A stretch of DNA of 58,747 nucleotides from a virus. Lineage: Duplodnaviria; Caudoviricetes. Shown here piece after piece: positions 10,315 through 17,643 of this stretch. The stretch covers positions 1-58,747 of IMG/VR virus record IMGVR_UViG_3300032334_001918; one strand, written 5' to 3'. The position numbers and the translations under genes are program-made. The number at the start of each line of letters is the position of its first letter. The first letter of the stretch is position 1. The notes beneath the pieces were generated by a model, which was not told the DNA's origin, searched no databases, and saw only the letters and a list, made by a program, of their open reading frames with translations.

Positions 10315-11172
10315 ATGAATATTTGTTATCTAGATTTTTGGCCAGGATTTGACACAAATTGCAATTGGTTTAATCTTGTCTTTCGCGAAATTTTAAACGA
10401 TAGAGAAATTAACTTTAACTCTTCTCCTTCTGAGGCTGATGTTATTGTATTTTCTTGTTTTGGTAATGAGCACATAAAATATAAAAACAGTAAAGCTGTA
10501 AAGATATTCTATACTGGAGAAAATCAAAGAGCTGATTTAAGCGTTGCTGATTTTTCTTTAAGTTTTGATTACGAAACTCATAACGGCAAAAATTTTAGAC
10601 TGCCTCATTGGTACATGTATGTTAATTGGTGGGGTGAAGAAAATTTCCCTCACGCCAGAATAAGCAAAGAAAGATTATTCTATACACACACTCCAGAAGA
10701 AGTTTTTTCTAGAAATGATTTTTGCTGTGTAGTCATCGGTAATCCAGTAAGAAATAGAATAGAAGTTGCTCAAAAATTAGACTCATATAAACCAGTACAT
10801 GGATATGGGAAAGTTTTTGGAAATCCATACAATGGATGTAAGGTAGATTTAATAAGCAAATACAGATATAATATTTGCTTTGAAAATTCAATTTACCCAG
10901 GATACATAACAGAAAAACTACTTGAGGCTAAAGTTGCTGGATGCATCCCAATCTATTATGGTAGTGATACTGTAAGTACTGATTTTAACCCAGATTGTTT
11001 TATTAACTATAATAAATTTGAGAATCCTTCTGATTTACTTGAAGAGATTATTAAAATTGAAAGTAATCGTTCTCTATTTGATTCTTTTGTTTCTCAAAAA
11101 TTATTCACTCAAGAACCAAATTTAGATAACGTATATAATTTTTTGTCAAAGGCATTTAACAAATATGTATAA
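10315..11172 (+). CDS. GT10 alpha-1,3-fucosyltransferase-like glycosyltransferase
   Basis: FYTGEN and YRYNICFENSIYPGYITEKL (alpha-1,3-FucT motif), PIYYG. Confidence 0.9.
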   Translation: MNICYLDFWPGFDTNCNWFNLVFREILNDREINFNSSPSEADVIVFSCFGNEHIKYKNSKAVKIFYTGENQRADLSVADFSLSFDYETHNGKNFRLPHWYMYVNWWGEENFPHARISKERLFYTHTPEEVFSRNDFCCVVIGNPVRNRIEVAQKLDSYKPVHGYGKVFGNPYNGCKVDLISKYRYNICFENSIYPGYITEKLLEAKVAGCIPIYYGSDTVSTDFNPDCFINYNKFENPSDLLEEIIKIESNRSLFDSFVSQKLFTQEPNLDNVYNFLSKAFNKYV

Positions 11173-12067
11173 AAATGTTTATGAAATAAATCAAATTTTG
11201 TCCGACATTCTCAAGAAAGGTGAGCCAAGCTCAATTTTACGAATATGTAACACATTGGGTTACGTCATTCATCGTCTCTGCACAAACCAACCAATCGATC
11301 ACCAATATTTCAATGTAAATCATTTTGTGGAAACTGGGATATTTCCCGTCTCTATGGAATATGCAATTTCTGTTATGCAGAATACATTTGATGTTATGCA
11401 AAAATCAAATGCTCTAGGGTTTGTTGACTGTTCTGGAGATATAAGTCGTGATTCTCAATTCTTAAATTTATTCCCAAATATTCCAAAATATTTTGGTAGC
11501 GCAATTATGGATCCAGGAGTATTATTTGGACATTCTGAATTTGGGGAAATAGAAAATCCATGGACAGAACAATTAGCTGGTAAAAAAGTTTTAGTTCTGT
11601 CGTCCCATATCCAAACTATAAATGAGCAATGGAAAAATATTGATGCTATTTGGGGAAAACGTAAAAACACGATAGTACCATTTGAATTAGCTGGAGTCAT
11701 CAATACACATTTCCATCCAATGGTTGATGATCGACAATATTCAAATTGCGACGATCTTATGTCATCTATTGAAATTACAAAACAAAAGATTGACCAATAT
11801 GACTATGATGTTTTATTATCAGGAATTGCGACACAATCTCCATTTTTCTGTCAACATGCCAAAGAAAGAGGAAAGATAGGAATTCACGTTGGCGGATCTT
11901 TACAATTATTCTTTGGGATTCTTGGAAATCGTTGGACAAAGGCTCCATGTTACAATTCATGGCATAATATGTTTAACGAACATTGGAAATATCCACTCAA
12001 GATTGATGAACCTCAGGGAAAAGATGTAACTAATCATTTAGAATTTTCTAATGCATATTGGGGGTAA
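11165..12067 (+). CDS. Hypothetical protein, possibly GT-D-like
   Basis: PWTEQLAGKKVLVLS and GKIGIHVGGSLQLFFGILGNRW resemble glycosylation-island proteins. Confidence 0.5.
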   Translation: MYKNVYEINQILSDILKKGEPSSILRICNTLGYVIHRLCTNQPIDHQYFNVNHFVETGIFPVSMEYAISVMQNTFDVMQKSNALGFVDCSGDISRDSQFLNLFPNIPKYFGSAIMDPGVLFGHSEFGEIENPWTEQLAGKKVLVLSSHIQTINEQWKNIDAIWGKRKNTIVPFELAGVINTHFHPMVDDRQYSNCDDLMSSIEITKQKIDQYDYDVLLSGIATQSPFFCQHAKERGKIGIHVGGSLQLFFGILGNRWTKAPCYNSWHNMFNEHWKYPLKIDEPQGKDVTNHLEFSNAYWG

Positions 12068-12072
12068 CTCTC

Positions 12073-12142
12073 TAAGTTGTTGATTCTAATATAAATATTA
12101 GAATTGAAATTAATTGCTTGTATTGTATTAATAGTATACAAT
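12073..12142 (+). promoter_or_regulatory. IHF-like site plus sigma70 promoter (and overlapping late-promoter motif) upstream of HNH
   Basis: TAAGTTGTTGATT 12073-12085 is the reverse of WATCAAnnnnTTR; TTGCTT(12114)-17-TACAAT(12137); TATAAATA 12090-12097 sits inside a 10-bp inverted repeat 12083-12104. Confidence 0.65.
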
Positions 12143-12174
12143 ATAGTGATAGGATATTAACTTGAGAGGTCATC

Positions 12175-12744
12175 GTGTCTACCAAAGTTTTGATCGCAGA
12201 CAAACAGGGCACACCTAAAGAATGGGTGTCACATAGAGATGCTGCGAATTACTACAGCAACGATAAAGTTCTGTGGGAAATTGGATCGCCAATTAAAGTC
12301 TATTATGGCGGAATTAATAAATTTGGCGAACAATCATCTTTGACAATTTCGTCAATCGTTGGCGTTAGTGGACCAATTCTTGGAACCAAATTCTACGATA
12401 AAGAAACAGTTTACGCAGAGCGCATGGTCATGTATGCTCGCGATCGGCATCTTTGCGCATATTGTGGAGATCAGTTCGAACCTGGAGAACTGACAATTGA
12501 CCACGTTCAACCAAAATCTCGTGGAGGCAAAAACACTTGGGTCAATTGCGTCACTGCATGCAAACCCTGTAATTTGCGAAAAGGTAACAAAACTCCAGAA
12601 GAAGCAAGAATGCATCTTTTGTATGTTCCATATGCTGTCAATATGTTCGAGCGCATGATTCTTAAGAATCGTAACATTCTTGCAGACCAGATGGATTTCT
12701 TAATTGCAAGAGTCCCGAAGCACAGCCGAATTTTAATGAACTAA
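12175..12744 (+). CDS. HNH endonuclease (McrA/HNH_5-like)
   Basis: RDRHLCAYCG, TIDHVQPKSRGG and NCVTACKPCNLRKG; GTG start behind GAGG. Confidence 0.92.
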   Translation: MSTKVLIADKQGTPKEWVSHRDAANYYSNDKVLWEIGSPIKVYYGGINKFGEQSSLTISSIVGVSGPILGTKFYDKETVYAERMVMYARDRHLCAYCGDQFEPGELTIDHVQPKSRGGKNTWVNCVTACKPCNLRKGNKTPEEARMHLLYVPYAVNMFERMILKNRNILADQMDFLIARVPKHSRILMN

Positions 12745-12751
12745 GAGCTCC

Positions 12752-12812
12752 TAAGCCATTGATTTCATTAAGGTTTTTTTCTGTTGCCTTTTACGATGTA
12801 TTGTAGTAGAAT
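12752..12812 (+). promoter_or_regulatory. IHF-like site plus sigma70 promoter
   Basis: TAAGCCATTGATT 12752-12764; TTGCCT(12784)-17-TAGAAT(12807). Confidence 0.65.
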
Positions 12813-12872
12813 ATTCTTATACCGTAATGAAACGGTTCTTATTTTGTAATGTTAATGTGAGGTATCTAAACT

Positions 12873-13367
12873 ATGTCTAATTCTACCCAAGCCCATAATC
12901 TCTATAACCTTCTTGTTGCTGCTGGCGCCACTGGTGTCACTCGCGCAGATATCGCAACTCATCTTGGCGTCAGTGAAGGTTCTGTTCCCGTTTATATCTT
13001 TGGTCTGAAGAAGTTCTTCAGTGCTGAGATTGATAATATTAAGGATGGACGCAAGGTTGTTGCATATAAGCTGACCAATGCCTCTGATATTGAGGTTCCT
13101 TCTCATCGCCTGTATCGTCGTAACGATAATGGTGCTGTTATTCTCAGCAATCCTAGTGCTGGTGTCACTAAGCCTGTCAAGGCAACTAAGACCAAGGTGA
13201 CCAAGGTTGCTAAGAAGAAGGCTGCTAAGGTTGTAAACGTCACCAAGCCTAAGAGCAAGAAGATTATTATTGATGATGGTGACGTTGCTATCCTCGATAA
13301 AGATCTTGAGATCAGCGAGTTCACTGATGCTGAACTGAATGACATTCGGTCCACTCTCGGTCTGTAA
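12873..13367 (+). CDS. Putative winged-HTH DNA-binding protein with Lys-rich linker and acidic tail
   Basis: VTRADIATHLGVSEGSVPVYI is HTH-like; strong RBS GAGGT. Confidence 0.55.
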   Translation: MSNSTQAHNLYNLLVAAGATGVTRADIATHLGVSEGSVPVYIFGLKKFFSAEIDNIKDGRKVVAYKLTNASDIEVPSHRLYRRNDNGAVILSNPSAGVTKPVKATKTKVTKVAKKKAAKVVNVTKPKSKKIIIDDGDVAILDKDLEISEFTDAELNDIRSTLGL

Positions 13368-13933
13368 TGAATATATTCTATCTAGATAAAGATCCCAGGC
13401 TTGCCGCAGAATACCACTGCGACAAGCACGTGGTCAAAATGATTCTAGAATCTGCGCAGCTACTTTCGGCTGCGCATCGTCTTCTAGATGGAAACCTTGT
13501 CGAAGGTAAGAAGCAGGTTGCTGGATCTTTACCTGCTCGCTGGCGAAAAACTAAGAAGTGGGAGTTATCAGATGAACGTGAAAAAATTCTTTACAGCGCG
13601 AGCCACATCAATCATCCCTCTTGTGTATGGGCTCGAAGCAATATCGATCATTATCGTTACCTTTACGATCTATTTGTTTTCCTAATTGCAGAATACAAAT
13701 ATCGCTATAAAAATAAATCTCATAAATGCGAGGAATTGGTCGATACGCTGATTGATAGCCCGATTAATATCGATTACGAAGCTCCATGGCAAGATCCTCC
13801 GCAAGCAATGCCAGAAGATTGTAAAGTTCACAATGATACAGTCCTTGCATATCGAAACTACTACATAATGCATAAGTCGCATTTTGCGAAATGGACAAGG
13901 CGTCCCGAGCCTGATTGGTACAAACCTTCTTGA
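13367..13933 (+). CDS. Pyrimidine-dimer DNA glycosylase-like protein (DenV/Pyr_excise family)
   Basis: MNIFYLD, HCDKHVVKMILESAQLLS, HINHPSCVW, PPQAMP and AYRNYY motifs. Confidence 0.8.
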   Translation: MNIFYLDKDPRLAAEYHCDKHVVKMILESAQLLSAAHRLLDGNLVEGKKQVAGSLPARWRKTKKWELSDEREKILYSASHINHPSCVWARSNIDHYRYLYDLFVFLIAEYKYRYKNKSHKCEELVDTLIDSPINIDYEAPWQDPPQAMPEDCKVHNDTVLAYRNYYIMHKSHFAKWTRRPEPDWYKPS

Positions 13934-13934
13934 G

Positions 13935-13942
13935 TATAAATA
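13935..13942 (+). promoter_or_regulatory. T4-type late promoter
   Basis: TATAAATA just upstream of ATG 13948. Confidence 0.6.
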
Positions 13943-13947
13943 CAGTT

Positions 13948-14286
13948 ATGGAATATGCATTCAAAGTAATAAAAACTGGTGAAATCGTCAGATATGACAT
14001 GAAAATGTCAGAATATGATGCTTTCAAAAAAGATAACCCCCATTTAGAGCGTTATCATGAAACAGCACCACCATTTAAGGATGGTGATGGTAGTAGCACC
14101 AGTGGATTTGTTCCTAAATTGGACAATGGCTTTAAAGAAGTTCTATCTAAAATTGCAGAAGCTCATCCAGCAAGCGAGCTTTCTAAGAATTCAGATGTGC
14201 ATAGAAAGAGTATTAAAGAAATCAAAACACGTCGGATTATGACCAAATACGCAGAAAAATCAGGAATTAAAGGAGTCAAATTCTGA
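13948..14286 (+). CDS. Conserved T4-like hypothetical protein (FmdB-like)
   Basis: YAFKVIKTGE...DNPHLE and GFKEVLSKI..AHP motifs; usual position upstream of phoH. Confidence 0.6.
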   Translation: MEYAFKVIKTGEIVRYDMKMSEYDAFKKDNPHLERYHETAPPFKDGDGSSTSGFVPKLDNGFKEVLSKIAEAHPASELSKNSDVHRKSIKEIKTRRIMTKYAEKSGIKGVKF

Positions 14287-14345
14287 GTCTCAAAAAAGTT
14301 CGATTTACAATTTGTTTTATATAATGCATCATTTGTCTGGTCGCG

Positions 14346-14387
14346 AAAAGAGCAAAGACCTCGTGAGTGGTCTTGTGCTCTTTTTTT
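14346..14387 (+). terminator. Intrinsic terminator-like hairpin upstream of phoH
   Basis: AAAAGAGCA-AAGACC / GGTCTT-g-TGCTCTTTT stem followed by a T run. Confidence 0.6.
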
Positions 14388-14417
14388 CATTTCAAAAACC
14401 GTTAAAAGAGAGAAACC

Positions 14418-15104
14418 ATGGCAAAAGCAAAAAAGAGCGTACAACAACACTTTTCCTTACGCAAGATTCAGCCGCTCACAGCGAATCAAGATAAGACCTT
14501 TAAAGGGTATGAAACGGGAAAAAATCTTCTTCTTCATGGCGTAGCTGGTACAGGTAAAACATATATCTCAATGTACCTCGCTCTACAAGAAGTATTGAAG
14601 ACTGATAGTCAGTATAATAAGATTGTTGTTATTAGAAGTGTTGTGCCTTCCAGAGATATGGGATTCTTACCAGGCTCTGCTAAAGATAAAGCAAAAGTGT
14701 ATGAAGAACCATATAAAGAGATTTGCGACGATTTATTTGGTAGAGGGGATGGATATGACATCCTAAGAATGAAGGGTCTTGTTGAGTTTGCCACAACATC
14801 ATTCCTTCGCGGCGTAACTTTTAGAGACGCTATTGTGGTTGTTGATGAATTTCAAAATATGAACCTTGCTGAACTTGATACCGTAATTACAAGAATCGGC
14901 AATAATTGTAAGATAATTTTCTGCGGCGACATTCGTCAGTCAGACTTTGTAAAGAAAGAAGAACGTCAAGGAATGTTGACTTTCATGAAGATTATAGATA
15001 AAATGAATCTATTCGATAAGGTTGAGTTTGATGTCGAGGATATCGTAAGAAGTGCCCTCGTGAAGAATTATATAATTTCCAAATTAGCAGTAGGTATAAC
15101 TTGA
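14418..15104 (+). CDS. phoH: PhoH-like ATPase
   Basis: GVAGTGKT Walker A, GFLPG, FLRGVTF, DEFQN and GDIRQSD motifs. Confidence 0.95.
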   Translation: MAKAKKSVQQHFSLRKIQPLTANQDKTFKGYETGKNLLLHGVAGTGKTYISMYLALQEVLKTDSQYNKIVVIRSVVPSRDMGFLPGSAKDKAKVYEEPYKEICDDLFGRGDGYDILRMKGLVEFATTSFLRGVTFRDAIVVVDEFQNMNLAELDTVITRIGNNCKIIFCGDIRQSDFVKKEERQGMLTFMKIIDKMNLFDKVEFDVEDIVRSALVKNYIISKLAVGIT

Positions 15105-15766
15105 AACAATTTAAACATGATTTTGTCACCCTTCCTAAGATGCAGCGCATCAACGAAGATGGTAGTCGTTATTATTTGACGCCAGAAGGAAACCGTTACC
15201 AGTCAGTTACAACGCTGACTGGTAACTGGAATAAGAAAGCCATTCTTGAGTGGCGTGAGCGTGTTGGTGAGAAGAAGGCAACTGAAATCTCAACTCGTGC
15301 CGCATCTCGCGGCACGAGTCTCCATAAGACGGTAGAGCAGTATTTGTTAAATGAAGATGTTGACTTCGGTCCTAATCCTCTGACTAAATCACTCTTCCAT
15401 AGAATTAAGCCGATTGTCGATCGACTCGATAATATCAAGTTGGTCGAAGGTACGATGTACAGCGACACTCTAAAACTGGCTGGAACTACCGACTGTATTG
15501 CTGAGTATAGTGGAAAGCTTGCTGTTATTGACTTCAAAACTTCTACGAAGGCTAAGAAGAAAGAACACATTTCAAACTACTTTATGCAGGGTGCTGCTTA
15601 CGGTAGGATGTATGAAGAGCTCTATAATCAAACTCCAGAGATCGTTGTAATTATGATGGCAGTCGAAAGTATGCCATACCCGATTACGTTCATCGAACCA
15701 TATGCAAAATGTAATGAAATGCTTATGGATTTTATGAAATCTCTTGACAAAGAACTACTAGTATAG
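15101..15766 (+). CDS. PD-(D/E)XK exonuclease (Cas4/Exo5-like, phoH-adjacent)
   Basis: SVTT, RGTSLH, AGTTDC, IDFKTS and Q..AY motifs. Confidence 0.85.
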   Translation: MKQFKHDFVTLPKMQRINEDGSRYYLTPEGNRYQSVTTLTGNWNKKAILEWRERVGEKKATEISTRAASRGTSLHKTVEQYLLNEDVDFGPNPLTKSLFHRIKPIVDRLDNIKLVEGTMYSDTLKLAGTTDCIAEYSGKLAVIDFKTSTKAKKKEHISNYFMQGAAYGRMYEELYNQTPEIVVIMMAVESMPYPITFIEPYAKCNEMLMDFMKSLDKELLV

Positions 15767-15784
15767 TATAGTATAATATAAATA
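15744..15784 (+). promoter_or_regulatory. Tandem sigma70 and late promoter
   Basis: TTGACA(15744)-17-TATAGT(15767); TATAAATA 15777-15784. Confidence 0.65.
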
Positions 15785-15812
15785 GAGCTATAATTTACAC
15801 TCAAAGGGGCTA

Positions 15813-16154
15813 ATGATCATGTTTTACGTTTTTCTCGCGGCATTAGCCGTTATTGTGGCTGCAGCTGTTTACTTCTCTTTCAGAACTTCTAAGAAAGAGG
15901 TTGAAGTTGCAGTTCAAGAATTTAATGATTTGTATACAGACTCTCTTGCAAAAGAACTCGAGGCTCAGAAAAAGTTTGAAGCTGAATATTATTCCAACAT
16001 CAACGATGTGGTTGAGTTTGAGAATGTTGAGGTTCCTATGTATCCTGTTGTTGAGAAGAAAGCGGCAAAGAAGAAAGCTGCTAAGAAAAAGTCTACGAAG
16101 AAAACTTCTAAGAAAAGAACAGCCAACAAGGTTGTAAAAGATGAAGAAGTTTAA
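15813..16154 (+). CDS. Small membrane-anchored protein with Lys-rich C-terminus
   Basis: N-terminal hydrophobic helix, acidic middle, KKAAKKKAAKKK tail. Confidence 0.6.
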   Translation: MIMFYVFLAALAVIVAAAVYFSFRTSKKEVEVAVQEFNDLYTDSLAKELEAQKKFEAEYYSNINDVVEFENVEVPMYPVVEKKAAKKKAAKKKSTKKTSKKRTANKVVKDEEV

Positions 16155-16353
16155 ATCCTGGATTAGCGAACAAATGTCGACTGATGCTGGTGTTAGAGGC
16201 ATGGGTTATGTTAGCGGTAGTGGCGATGGAGATTCTCCAAGTTACCTCGACAATAACATAGCTGATGCTGATACTAGAAATAATATTATTAAGGCTATAT
16301 CCACACAGCATGTAGATATGCATAAATCGACTAAGGCTACAAAAGGTAAATAA
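16141..16353 (+). CDS. Hypothetical protein
   Basis: 70-aa ORF overlapping the previous stop; MKKFKSWISE start resembles small T4-like proteins. Confidence 0.55.
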   Translation: MKKFKSWISEQMSTDAGVRGMGYVSGSGDGDSPSYLDNNIADADTRNNIIKAISTQHVDMHKSTKATKGK

Positions 16354-16357
16354 TTGA

Positions 16358-16692
16358 AATGGTAGTAAACCTTTAACTAAAGGCATCTTGGACGGGGGTG
16401 CGATTCCCCCCATCTCCACCAAAAGCATACTATAGAAACACATGAGCAGGTTTCTAACTATCGCTGGTTACGGCAATCGTAAGTGAGTATAGGTAGTATG
16501 CTTTTGATGGGGATGACCAGTTTCGACAGGGTGAGTAATAACCTAGAGGCTACCAGTGAGGCGACTGACTTAATCAGCGCAAAAAAAGTAAAAGCAAACG
16601 ATAGCAATTACGACATGGCACTAGCCGCTTAATAGTGGTGTAGGTTTCCAGAGTTTTCGGTAGGTTTTCTTGGTAACAGAATAAACCTACCA
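16358..16692 (+). ncRNA. ssrA: Circularly permuted two-piece tmRNA: acceptor piece ~16358-16421, intervening sequence 16422-16508, coding piece 16509-~16692; tag ANDSNYDMALAA*
   Basis: T-arm GGGGG-TGCGATT-CCCCC and CATCTCC-A-CCA (ends 16421) lie upstream of the 5' strand GGGGATG (16509), giving a G3:U70 Ala pair. Inter-piece helices CAGGGTG/CATCTTG and GCTACCA/TGGTAGT. Tag frame 16594-16632. Outer ends are approximate. Confidence 0.93.
16652..16692 (+). repeat. 41-nt structured repeat, copy 1 (GNRA-capped hairpin)
   Basis: agttttcggtaggttttcttggtaacagaataaacctacca; 36/41 identical to 16989-17029. Confidence 0.85.
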
Positions 16693-16727
16693 TTTTGATG
16701 ACACACATACACACAAAGGAGACGAAG

Positions 16728-16979
16728 ATGACACCATTTGAAATTAGACTAGAGCTGGTCAAGCTCGCAAGAGACATGCTCAACGACGAATACCACAGCA
16801 AGCGTGGATTAGTTGAGACAGATTGGAACAATCAGGTCATGTCGGCAATGAACAATCAAAAGGCATTGCCCGATACCCCAGCGTTCCCCCAGTACTTTAC
16901 TGAAGAAGATGTAATTGTTAAGGCTTCGCGCCTCAACGAGTTCATCTCTAATGGACAATTTCTACCAACTAAACTTTAG
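16728..16979 (+). CDS. Conserved hypothetical phage protein
   Basis: ATG 16728 behind AAGGAG; MTPFEIRLELVKLARDML...KASRLNEFIS. Confidence 0.7.
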   Translation: MTPFEIRLELVKLARDMLNDEYHSKRGLVETDWNNQVMSAMNNQKALPDTPAFPQYFTEEDVIVKASRLNEFISNGQFLPTKL

Positions 16980-16988
16980 TAAGTAACA

Positions 16989-17029
16989 AGTTTTCGGCAG
17001 CTTTTCTTGGAAACAGAATAAAGCTGCCA
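16989..17029 (+). repeat. 41-nt structured repeat, copy 2
   Basis: agttttcggcagcttttcttggaaacagaataaagctgcca; two compensatory base-pair changes relative to copy 1. Confidence 0.85.
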
Positions 17030-17046
17030 CTCATTAAGGAGATAAT

Positions 17047-17640
17047 GTGAAATCTGTATCTATGAACGCACTAGACATGGTGCGTATGTGTGTTTTTTTG
17101 TTCTTTTTTTCTGGTACGTTTTTTCTTGCTGGTGAATTGTATCGAGCCAAGGTTCGTTACGATAACCTTGAGTATGAATTATATAACGATCAGAAATCTG
17201 CTGATGATATCATCAAAGACCTCCGCAAGAAACTTTCTCACGTAGAATTCATTCGTAATGAGACAGAGTGTCTCGCCAAGAATATCTACTTTGAGTCGCA
17301 TACCGAATCGCGCGAGGGTCAATTGGCTGTTGCTACTGTAACGATGAATCGAGTAAAGAGCGGACTTTTCCCACATACGGTTTGTGGAGTTGTACTCGAT
17401 AAGAGCAGCAAAGGTTGTCAATTCTCTTGGGTCTGCGATGGCAAAACCGATATTGTTCGCAACCGCGAAGATTACAAAGAATCGATTGAACTTGCTGAAG
17501 AAGTTTTGCTTTCTAAGAAAAGATCGAGTATAATATCTTCTGATGTGTTATACTATCACGCCGATTACGTCGATCCATACTGGGCTAAGACCAAAAAATT
17601 CTTTGGTAAAATTGGTGCCCACTTGTTCTACAGAGGTTAA
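17047..17640 (+). CDS. SleB-like cell wall hydrolase (Hydrolase_2) with N-terminal membrane anchor
   Basis: CLAKNIYFES, V..VTMNRV, CQFSW, YYHADYV.PYW and IGAHLFY motifs. Confidence 0.9.
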   Translation: MKSVSMNALDMVRMCVFLFFFSGTFFLAGELYRAKVRYDNLEYELYNDQKSADDIIKDLRKKLSHVEFIRNETECLAKNIYFESHTESREGQLAVATVTMNRVKSGLFPHTVCGVVLDKSSKGCQFSWVCDGKTDIVRNREDYKESIELAEEVLLSKKRSSIISSDVLYYHADYVDPYWAKTKKFFGKIGAHLFYRG

Positions 17641-17643
17641 TAT

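Noticed and set aside
12175-12744. HNH as an intron-encoded or RNA-guided nuclease
   Set aside because: It is free-standing, interrupts no gene, and its short flanks are occupied by promoters, leaving no room for a long guide RNA.
16391-16421. Standalone tRNA or attP-like tRNA fragment
   Set aside because: No anticodon arm; fully explained as the tmRNA acceptor piece.
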